Shown here: piece after piece, positions 41,974 through 50,182 of the stretch
How the letters are laid out: each line of letters starts with the position of its first letter
Position numbering within the stretch: the first letter of the stretch is position 1
Assembly (NCBI GenBank): GCA_963819815.1
Contig: CAWFXL010000001.1
Coordinates: 672,001 to 736,000, forward strand
Source: an uncultured bacterium
GTDB taxonomy: Bacteria > Babelota > Babeliae > Babelales > Babelaceae
DNA length: 64,000 nucleotides
Direction: 5' to 3'
The notes under the pieces: generated by a model
What the model saw: the letters and a program-made list of their open reading frames with translations, nothing else
Database searches by the model: none
What the model was told of the DNA's origin: nothing
Made by a program: the position numbers and the translations under genes

Positions 41974-42010
41974 ACCTGTTGCAACTTCGTAAAGTACGGT
42001 TACGCTTGTA
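41974..42010 (+). repeat. 37-bp direct repeat copy 2; likely promoter of the 42126 gene
   Basis: ACCTGTTGCAACTTCGTAAAGTACGGTTACGCTTGTA; contains TTGCAA-16 nt-TACGCT. Confidence 0.8.
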
Positions 42011-42125
42011 TATACATACACGTAACCTGGTTTATAAAATGCTTGCTACGCACCATAAAAATCACTAAACAATCATACAGTAGCAGCACCCTCTAGAAAA
42101 TATAATTAACCTCTAGGAGACCTCC

Positions 42126-42635
42126 ATGATCTATAAACCTCTTCTACCTCTTGCAGTAAGCATATTGCTCTGTGCATCGGTCCAGGCAAGAACTTCTGAT
42201 GGCCTTATCATTGGTGGATTTGCAGGGTTGACCGCTGGGCTCATTACGAGTGCCATCGCTCATCATGCAAACCATCATCATTGCCATCGCCGTACCGTCT
42301 ATGTCGAAGAGTCACCGCGAATTATTGAGCGACCTGTTATCGTTGAGCAGGTAATTGAGCACCGCCCCGTAGTCATTGAACAGCGTGTACGCCAGGGCCG
42401 AGTAACTACATATCACCAGCCACAACCGGTACATACCTGTCAGCCAGCTCCTCAACCAATCCAGGCGATTCAGGCTCAACCCAAGGCAATACCGAATCTT
42501 GCAGAACGAGAATTGGCTCTGAGAGAGCAACAAGTGAAGCTTGATCTACTCAAAGAAGAAAATAAAAAGCATGAGCTTAAAATAAGAGAATTGGAACTTG
42601 AAGTCCAACGCGTAACAGCTCGCAAGGCTTTCTAG
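42126..42635 (+). CDS. Exported protein: glycine zipper, His-rich patch, PVIVE/PVVIE repeats, C-terminal coiled coil
   Basis: AGGAG RBS; signal peptide ending VQA; GGFAGLTAGLI; HHANHHHCH. Confidence 0.78.
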   Translation: MIYKPLLPLAVSILLCASVQARTSDGLIIGGFAGLTAGLITSAIAHHANHHHCHRRTVYVEESPRIIERPVIVEQVIEHRPVVIEQRVRQGRVTTYHQPQPVHTCQPAPQPIQAIQAQPKAIPNLAERELALREQQVKLDLLKEENKKHELKIRELELEVQRVTARKAF

Positions 42636-42683
42636 ATCACCTTGTCTAACTAATCGTGCTGCATCTCTTTAGGTGCAGCATCT

Positions 42684-43121
42684 TTATTGCTTGAGCGTTG
42701 TAAAAAGAGTAACCGAGGTTTGAGCTCCTTCAGGACGAAGGACCATAGTACAGAGCTTTGAGGGCTTTGCAAACATAAGACAGGATTCTGGCGCCATAAC
42801 AATACCAAGCTCTTCCCACCCCCAATAGTCCATACTCGTGTGATAAAATACACGTAGCTCTTCCTGAGAAAGCTCAGTTTTATAGGCAAGCACCATCTGA
42901 GTTTCAGTAAATAAAAGCTTTTTCGGCTGCACATTTAAAGGGAACGACATATCATGAAGCCGAGCTAGCTCTTCGGGGGTTAGGTTAGGAAACTCCTCAA
43001 CCTGAACGGCGGGTGTCATAATCACACTTGAAAGAGATAGCTCTTGGCGCCCTCCGCACCCACTTAGGCATACAAGAAGAGTCCCCATGAAAAGAACTTT
43101 CACAAAGACTCTTGCATACAT
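42684..43121 (-). CDS. Putative lipoprotein
   Basis: Lipobox LSGC after a hydrophobic leader; directly downstream of rplS. Confidence 0.7.
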   Translation of the reverse strand: MYARVFVKVLFMGTLLVCLSGCGGRQELSLSSVIMTPAVQVEEFPNLTPEELARLHDMSFPLNVQPKKLLFTETQMVLAYKTELSQEELRVFYHTSMDYWGWEELGIVMAPESCLMFAKPSKLCTMVLRPEGAQTSVTLFTTLKQ

Positions 43122-43129
43122 AGCAATCC

Positions 43130-43525
43130 TTACGATTTTTTCAGGGCAGCTTTCTGTTCTTTGGTAAGAACTTTCTCAGCAACACGGGCAGCTTTACCGA
43201 TACGATCTCTCATATAGTAGAGCTTAGCACGACGGACTTTACCCTTACGAACAAATTCAACATGCTCGACAAGGGGAGAGTAATAGGGGAAAATACGTTC
43301 AACAGATATAGAGTTGGAACCGATTTTCCGGATCGTGAAGGTAGAAGCCATACCATGGTTATGCATAGCAATAACGTCCCCTTCAAATAGCTGGATTCGT
43401 TCCTTGTCGCCTTCTTTGATCTTTTGGGACACTTTAACGGTATCTCCGACTGTAAATGAATCAAAGGTGCGTGGTTGCATACCAAATTCAAGAATCGTTT
43501 CTTTAGTATAGTGTTTTGCTTTCAT
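43130..43525 (-). CDS. rplS: 50S ribosomal protein bL19
   Basis: [24 protein letters not shown]...[12 protein letters not shown]. Confidence 0.97.
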   Translation of the reverse strand: MKAKHYTKETILEFGMQPRTFDSFTVGDTVKVSQKIKEGDKERIQLFEGDVIAMHNHGMASTFTIRKIGSNSISVERIFPYYSPLVEHVEFVRKGKVRRAKLYYMRDRIGKAARVAEKVLTKEQKAALKKS

Positions 43526-43859
43526 GATCGTCCTTTTCGAGGCTCTTGACGCTAAAATACTGATTAATTTTTCTGTGCATTGATCTTAGTATAGGATATT
43601 TTTTAACGTTTGTCATACCAAAATCATCGATCCCTGACAGACCTAAGATTAGCTCTGCCTAGCACCTCAGCAACTTCATATAAGTGGCATGTTCCATTAT
43701 TAGTAGCTCACTCAAGACTGGTGTTTAGGAATGAAGCTTTATATTGATTTCACTACACTTGGCAGCCTATTAAGCTTCTTCCTTCGCCATCGTTAGCCGA
43801 ATATCATGTACACTGCGTAATCTGCTCTTTGATAACCCCAAGGATAGCATACACTGATG

Positions 43860-44090
43860 TTATATAGGTAACAGTTGGTTTCTGGAACTCATAATAGGTA
43901 AACTTTTCAAGCATTTCTTTGATCCAGCCCAATAAACTCGTGAGTTCCATGAATCCATTGCGCATAGGACATATATGGGTATAGTCGCACCAGCCATGCT
44001 TTTGCTGCGAATAAGCTCATCTAGATGGTATTCAAGCTGATCCTTGCCTGAAAAATACTTTTCAAGTCCACATTCATCTATTAAAGCCAC
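43860..44090 (-). CDS. Hypothetical protein (possible fragment)
   Basis: Short ORF immediately after 44099-44407 in another frame. Confidence 0.35.
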   Translation of the reverse strand: MALIDECGLEKYFSGKDQLEYHLDELIRSKSMAGATIPIYVLCAMDSWNSRVYWAGSKKCLKSLPIMSSRNQLLPI

Positions 44091-44098
44091 CTTGCACC

Positions 44099-44407
44099 TT
44101 ACTGCGAAGAGTCAATGCACGTATATGAAGCAAGATTTCTCTGCAATGCATTAAGTATTGAAAGAATATGCGCAAATGTACTTCTTACATGCACACCCTT
44201 CAAGGTTAAGAGAGCTTGAGCATCATTATGTTCCCACTGAGCCAGAGACTGACTAAGCACATAATCCTTTTCTTCAAGATCTTGTTTTGTTGCAAGAAGC
44301 TTCTTCGAGAATTTATCAAGAGGCCCAAGCAAGCAACGAGAATCTCCTGTTGGGCCGGTTAATTCTTTAAGTCCAGCAGGAAAATCGATATTAAAAAATT
44401 CAAACAC
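44099..44407 (-). CDS. Hypothetical protein (possible fragment)
   Basis: 102-aa ORF overlapping the stop of 44400-44783. Confidence 0.45.
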   Translation of the reverse strand: MFEFFNIDFPAGLKELTGPTGDSRCLLGPLDKFSKKLLATKQDLEEKDYVLSQSLAQWEHNDAQALLTLKGVHVRSTFAHILSILNALQRNLASYTCIDSSQ

Positions 44408-44783
44408 AAGATGGTCCCATAGCTGCTTTTCCTTTTCCTCGTCTCCTAAATTCTTGTTCTAGAATTTTGACATAGGGCATAAACTCAGTACGTGCTCCTA
44501 GGGCAGATTCATAGAAATCTGAAAGTAGCTGATGGTCTTTAAACATGCGCTCGTGATCATCATATTTGCTTGCCAAAGCATCATAGTTTCCTATTTGAGC
44601 ATCATACTGCCTTTGAAGGGCATGGTTATCGATCAATGTACTGAATAGCAAGCCCGTAGCTACTACTGAAGCAGAAAGCCAAACGATCTCCTGCAAAGTG
44701 TAATCACTCAATGGATTCCAGGTATAGATCTGTGATGAAGGCATAGAGGTAACTAATGCTATAATAAGACATCTCTTCAACAT
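44400..44783 (-). CDS. Exported/membrane hypothetical protein with coiled coil
   Basis: Hydrophobic leader, TM segment, heptad-like region. Confidence 0.6.
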   Translation of the reverse strand: MLKRCLIIALVTSMPSSQIYTWNPLSDYTLQEIVWLSASVVATGLLFSTLIDNHALQRQYDAQIGNYDALASKYDDHERMFKDHQLLSDFYESALGARTEFMPYVKILEQEFRRRGKGKAAMGPSCV

Positions 44784-44929
44784 AGGTCAGCCTTTCTGTA
44801 TGATTTTCGCTGTATAGAGTAGTATACAGGCTTTTTTGAGACCTACAAACAACTATGTTTGCTCATATTTGGAGGCTGAACACATGTGGCAATAAAAGGA
44901 AGAGCTTATTCAGAGTACAAAAGTCTTTC

Positions 44930-45457
44930 TCAACCTAATGCATTGAAAGTTTCTCTTTGAGCCTGGATATAACTATCCACTTCTAGTGCTTTTTTAAGCT
45001 TAGTAGTATCTCTTTGCCTTTTATAGAGCAGCATTGATCCTGTAACGAGACCTAGTCCACCAAGCGTCACTATTGTCATTCTGTTACGCATTAATTCAAT
45101 AAGACTATCCGTTATATGCAACTCTGGCATCAACCCTTTTATAGCAAGAATTCCGCCACCTACTATCAAGCCGGTTCCAATTAATTTAATAGCCACGTCG
45201 AATGGATCGCTCTCCCATAACTTATGAAGTTGAGCATTTCTAACTCTTCCTGCAGCAAGCTCACCAAGAGATGATAAATATATCTTCTTAGTATTTGAAC
45301 TCTGCTGACTACCTAAAAGATCTTGAATCCCTCGCTCAAGGCTTTCAAGGTCTGAATTTTCAATTGCGCTCTTACAAGCAGTATATGCAGCATCTTCTGC
45401 AAATAATACGCTACCAAAAAGACTCAATGTCAGAGCCATACATACTAGTTTCGTCAT
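44930..45457 (-). CDS. Exported hypothetical protein with two TM segments
   Basis: AAGGAG RBS before ATG 45457; signal peptide ending LFA; two hydrophobic helices. Confidence 0.7.
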   Translation of the reverse strand: MTKLVCMALTLSLFGSVLFAEDAAYTACKSAIENSDLESLERGIQDLLGSQQSSNTKKIYLSSLGELAAGRVRNAQLHKLWESDPFDVAIKLIGTGLIVGGGILAIKGLMPELHITDSLIELMRNRMTIVTLGGLGLVTGSMLLYKRQRDTTKLKKALEVDSYIQAQRETFNALG

Positions 45458-45627
45458 GAGAATCTCCTTAATGTAGATGTCTGAGAACTTTTTTACAGTA
45501 TCTATCAATGTGAGGTCGTCGTCAAATACCTTTGGGGCGTTAAACTCAGAGATCGGAAGGCTGAAGACTTTTCACAAAAGAAATTGGATTGCCAATCTCA
45601 TCAAGAAAGCAGAGTTTTTGATAACAT

Positions 45628-46953
45628 CTACGTATTACTCACACCAGTGCTCTGTTGAGCTACGGGATTCGTACCCAGCCATCTATCAAAGATGACTGCT
45701 GCTGCAGAACGAACAGATAAATGGTTAAACTCAGAAAACCCCTCGATGGGACCTAATACATAGTCACAGCGTTCAAGTAGGCTCGGCGCTAGACCGCGAG
45801 CAGTACCGAGTACAAGGACTACCGGTCGCTCTTGAGACCAAACTCTCTCTTGGTCATAATAGGTAAGCCCTTTGATACCGGTAACCTGTCGTGCCGAGGT
45901 AGCAATGCAAAGAGGTTGCTTACCTTCTTGGTGCTTAATTTGAGCAAGCGCCTCATCAAAGGATTCAACTAAGCATACTGCCTTGAGCGCTTCATGCCGT
46001 TGTGGATTATAGTCAATACCTACATCGGTATGCCAAAAATGGAGGAGCTTCTTAACAATCTTCTGCTGATCTTGTAAGGGCGTAACGAGAAAGTACTGTG
46101 TAATGCCATAGGTACAAGCCGACCGGGCAATATCATGAATATCAAGAGATGTCACTGAACTAGTACCCTCGGTATCGTCCCCTAGGAGTACTTGGCTATG
46201 CATAAGAATAACATAATGAGGCGGAATCTGTTGCGCCACCAGCTTCTTATCTTCTTGTGCATAGGTATGTGAGCGTACCCATCCAAAATGATGAATCACC
46301 GAATCATGAGCAGCCTTGGTTCTTCTCCAAGATTCAATAGCACCATGGTTACCCGAGCGTATTATCTCGGGAACTTCAAGCCCCTTCCAAAGCACAGGAG
46401 CTGTATATTCAGGATAATCGACAAAAGGGCCCGAGAAAGACTCTTCAAGCACCGATTCTTCTTTGCCTACAACGCCTGGTATAAGCCTTAAAAGACCTTC
46501 CATAAGCACCATAGCGGGAAGATCCCCTCCCATAAGGACATAGTCCCCTATCGAGACCATACAATCTGCATAGACCTCTTCAACTCGAGCATCCATACCT
46601 TCATAACGAGCAGGTATGAGCATAATGTGCTTTTTTTCTTGCAAGATCTGAGCAAGCTTCTTCAGTAAGCACTGGTCAAGCTTTTGTCCCTTAGGTGAAA
46701 AAAATATTTTATAGGCAGGACCATACTCGAGCTCGCTCTTCTCAATACCCATTTGAATGACTTCTGGCTTTAAGAGCATACCTGCTCCTGGCCCAAAGCA
46801 TGGACTATCGATACGCTTTTTAGGTCCTACTAAGGAAAAAAGTTCTTCAACCCCTAAGGAAACGATCCCTGCATCAACCGCACGAGCTGGCAAGCTCGTC
46901 TTTATAAACGGTTCATACAGGGCTTTAAAAAGGGTAAGCGTCGATATACGCAT
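45628..46953 (-). CDS. trmD: tRNA (guanine37-N1)-methyltransferase TrmD fused to a second SPOUT domain (TM1570/DUF2168-like)
   Basis: TrmD: DSPCFGPGAGM, RYEGMDARV, SIGDYVLMGGD, ESF, YPEYT, SGNH. Second domain: TSLDIHDIARS..TYG, YNPQRHEAL, ATSAR, LGTARGL, NHLSVRSAAAVIFDR. Confidence 0.93.
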   Translation of the reverse strand: MRISTLTLFKALYEPFIKTSLPARAVDAGIVSLGVEELFSLVGPKKRIDSPCFGPGAGMLLKPEVIQMGIEKSELEYGPAYKIFFSPKGQKLDQCLLKKLAQILQEKKHIMLIPARYEGMDARVEEVYADCMVSIGDYVLMGGDLPAMVLMEGLLRLIPGVVGKEESVLEESFSGPFVDYPEYTAPVLWKGLEVPEIIRSGNHGAIESWRRTKAAHDSVIHHFGWVRSHTYAQEDKKLVAQQIPPHYVILMHSQVLLGDDTEGTSSVTSLDIHDIARSACTYGITQYFLVTPLQDQQKIVKKLLHFWHTDVGIDYNPQRHEALKAVCLVESFDEALAQIKHQEGKQPLCIATSARQVTGIKGLTYYDQERVWSQERPVVLVLGTARGLAPSLLERCDYVLGPIEGFSEFNHLSVRSAAAVIFDRWLGTNPVAQQSTGVSNT

Positions 46954-47187
46954 TTATGCAGTTTCTATAACTAGATCGTGAGGATTACCTTCTAAAGGTA
47001 AGTTAATCAATGCCCGTAAGGCCTTGAAGGTTCTTCCTTCTTTGCCGATGACACGGGCTCGATCCTCAGGAGCAACCCTCACTTCGAAGGTTATTCTATC
47101 GGAGCTCTCAACACGGGTAATGGTAAGAGCTTGAGGATTATCCACAAGCTTTTCAATACAGAATCTGAGGAGTTTTTCTACGTCCAT
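46954..47187 (-). CDS. khpA: KH-domain RNA-binding protein
   Basis: KLVDNP...EDRARVIGKEGRTFKALR; between rpsP and trmD. Confidence 0.88.
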   Translation of the reverse strand: MDVEKLLRFCIEKLVDNPQALTITRVESSDRITFEVRVAPEDRARVIGKEGRTFKALRALINLPLEGNPHDLVIETA

Positions 47188-47199
47188 TGAATACCCTAC

Positions 47200-47445
47200 T
47201 TACGCCGCTGCAGAGCTTTTATATTGTCGACGCAACTTTTCAACTGAGTCGCTTACCTGAGCCCCTTTTGAGACCCACTCGCTAATACGGGCATCATGGA
47301 ATTGAACAAGCTCTTTAGTCTCAGGATTATACGTCCCAAGAATCTCAAGAGGCTCTCCATCTCGTTTTTTACGAGAGTCGATAGCTATAATACGATACAT
47401 AGGTGCGTGAGTTCGCCCTATACGAGTCAAGCGAATTTTTACCAT
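47200..47445 (-). CDS. rpsP: 30S ribosomal protein bS16
   Basis: MVKIRLTRIG...YRIIAIDSR..RDG...LGTYNP. Confidence 0.97.
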   Translation of the reverse strand: MVKIRLTRIGRTHAPMYRIIAIDSRKKRDGEPLEILGTYNPETKELVQFHDARISEWVSKGAQVSDSVEKLRRQYKSSAAA

Positions 47446-47478
47446 TCGTCATATCCTTTAGTTAACAGATACTCAATT

Positions 47479-48800
47479 TCATGAACCATGTTTTCCCATC
47501 TTTCTCATGAGTGTAGCATATTGTTTAATTTGCTCAAATCGGGCAAGCAATGTATTGACGTCAGTTGGATATCATCCGCCCCTTGCGCGATTCTTTTTTT
47601 TTCGTGAACCATCTAGTAACGAAGGTATCATTCGTTCTTTAGGGGTCATCGAGCTCATGATAGCTTTGAACTTTTTCATCTCTTTTTCAGAACTTCCCCT
47701 TGCTCAGGAGTTACCTTTAAACCTAGGTTACCAGGAAGATACTTAGTTATCGAACTAAGTGAACCTAATGAGTTCATCATAGACATCGTTGCTGCAAAAT
47801 CATCTAAGGTAAACCCTTTTGACATTGAGCGGGAAAGTCTTTCCTGGTCCTGTAGCTTAATCTTCTTCTCAGCCTGCTCAAATAAGGTCTGCAAGTCACC
47901 CATCCCCATAATTCTACTGGCCATACGCTCAGGTCTAAAGGGCTGCAAGTCTTCAAGCTTCTCACCAGTAGCTGCAAAAAGAATCGGTTTCTTTAAAGCA
48001 TACCTAAACGCAAACGCTACACCACCACGTGTATCACTATCCATTTTGGTAAGTAAGGCACCCATAAAGCCAACTGAGGTATCAAAGGCCTTGGCAACGG
48101 CAAGTGACTCCTGCCCTATCATAGCATCAAGTACTAAGATCTTATAGTTTGGATTAACGGCTGTGTCGATCTTTTTAAGCTCACCAAGCAAGGTTTCATC
48201 AATATGGAGCCGCCCTGCTGTATCAAGGAGCAGCACATCCACCAGCTCTTTCTTCGCATATGCTTTAATATCTATGGCTGCAGCGATAGGATCTGTCTCT
48301 TGAGAGCGATAAAAGAGTACTCCCGCCTTCTTTGCAAGAATCTCAAGTTGGTCTATCGCAGCGGGTCTATAATAATCGACCGAAGCAACCATAATATGCC
48401 TTTTTTTGCCTCGTGCTTCAGCCTGTTCTTTAAACATCAAGGCAAGCTTACCAAGAGTCGTCGTCTTACCTGAGCCCTGCAATCCAAGAACCATAATGGT
48501 AGCGGGAAACTGAAAGCTAAAGCCACTTGTAGAAGCTCCCCCTAAGAAGGTCACCATCTTATCATGGACAATTTTGACAAGCAGTTCTGCAGGCTTCATA
48601 GAGTTAATGAGCTTTTGCCCTACCACTTCTTGCCGTATCTCTTGGGTAAATGATTCAATTACTTCATAGGGAACATCGGCCTCAAGCAAGGCATCACGTA
48701 CCTTACCAAGAGCCTCATCAAGAGATTTCTCGGTAATCCGAGATCCGCTTGAAAAGCGAGAAAAAATAGACGAAAATTTTGTAGATAGAAGATCAAACAT
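47479..48800 (-). CDS. ffh: Signal recognition particle protein (M-domain interrupted by frameshifts; end approximate)
   Basis: ALLEADV, GLQGSGKTT, DTAGR, TKMDSDTRGG, RIMGMGD; AIMSSMTPKER..SRKKRIAQG continues in another frame below 47690. Confidence 0.93.
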
Positions 48801-48939
48801 ACTCAGAGGCCACCAGAATTCTTATCATACTCTTATCTATAGGAAGACAAATACAACCAAGTCATATAGACTAGACATAGCTTAGTACAAGTAAGTATAG
48901 CATAGAATAAAACTCTTGAACATTTTTACATGGCACAGC

Positions 48940-50088
48940 ATGAAACCAGAATCAACAACTACTGTAACACATCCCCGTACGCTCTTAGTGGGTATACATG
49001 CCCCCTATAACCATACAAAGGATATTCAGTCCTATTATGATGAGTTTATCAACTTAGTACTCTCAAATGGGCTTGAGTATGACGCTACCTTTTTCACAAA
49101 AATTAGAACGGTCGACCCAGCCTACTTCCTCACTAAAGGAAAGGTGGAAGAACTCAAAGAAATCTGTGATAGAGATAACATTGAAGAGGTGATCATCTCA
49201 GAACCGATTAGTGCTCAACAAGAACGCAACTTAAGCGAGCTTCTCCATCTGAGAGTGTTCGATCGAACGCAGCTTATTCTTGAGATCTTTGAAAAAGGTG
49301 CCCAGTCAGCCGAAGGTAAAACTCAGGTTGAGCTTGCTCTCTTTGAGCACCGCAAGTCTCGACTTGCCGGCCGAGGTATCCACATGTCTCAGCAGTCTGG
49401 CCGTATTGGAACGCGCGGCCCCGGTGAAACCCAAAAGGAAAAAGACCTTCAGCATATTGAACATCGAATGATCAAACTTCGAAGAGACCTCGAGCAGCTT
49501 GAAAGGACTCGTGAAACACAAAGAAAGCGGCGTCTTGAGACTAAGATTCCTCAAATTAGTCTTGTCGGATATACCAACGCCGGAAAATCTACGATTCTCA
49601 ATCTGCTTACCAAGAGTGACGTGCTTGCTGAGAACCGATTATTTGCAACACTCGATACCACAACACGAGCACTCATTATCGATGGTAAAAAAAAGGGCCT
49701 CATCTCAGATACGGTAGGATTTATTCAGCAGCTCCCTCACCATCTTATCGAAGCATTTAAGTCAACACTTACAGAGCTTAAATATGCCCACCTGCTTTTA
49801 CAGGTAGTAGACATATCTGATCCAAACTGGCCAGCGCATATCCAAGTAGTTCTTGAAGTACTTAAGGAGCTTGATATTGATAAACCGATGCTCTATGTCT
49901 TTAATAAGGCTGACCGTCTTGGCGAAGGCGAACTTGTTGGCTATAAGATATCGAGGTATGAGCCCCAGGTACTCGTTTCAGCCCTTTCAAAAGAAGGCAT
50001 CGCTCCTTTAGTAGAATTTCTTCGTGAGTGGGCTCCTGAAGAGGATCAACCATCAGCTGATCAATCATATGTATCAGAAAAGAGCTAA
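48940..50088 (+). CDS. hflX: Ribosome-splitting GTPase HflX
   Basis: DRTQLILEIF, EGKTQVELA, GTRGPGET, GYTNAGKS, FATLDTT, DTVGFI, NKAD. Confidence 0.96.
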   Translation: MKPESTTTVTHPRTLLVGIHAPYNHTKDIQSYYDEFINLVLSNGLEYDATFFTKIRTVDPAYFLTKGKVEELKEICDRDNIEEVIISEPISAQQERNLSELLHLRVFDRTQLILEIFEKGAQSAEGKTQVELALFEHRKSRLAGRGIHMSQQSGRIGTRGPGETQKEKDLQHIEHRMIKLRRDLEQLERTRETQRKRRLETKIPQISLVGYTNAGKSTILNLLTKSDVLAENRLFATLDTTTRALIIDGKKKGLISDTVGFIQQLPHHLIEAFKSTLTELKYAHLLLQVVDISDPNWPAHIQVVLEVLKELDIDKPMLYVFNKADRLGEGELVGYKISRYEPQVLVSALSKEGIAPLVEFLREWAPEEDQPSADQSYVSEKS

Positions 50089-50182
50089 AAGCATTCCTTG
50101 CCTTGTTAAGGAACCTTTTTTAGACTAGCACAAGAGCATGGTACAAAGTAGGTGCTCCCCTCACTCTACCTCCAGGAATATA

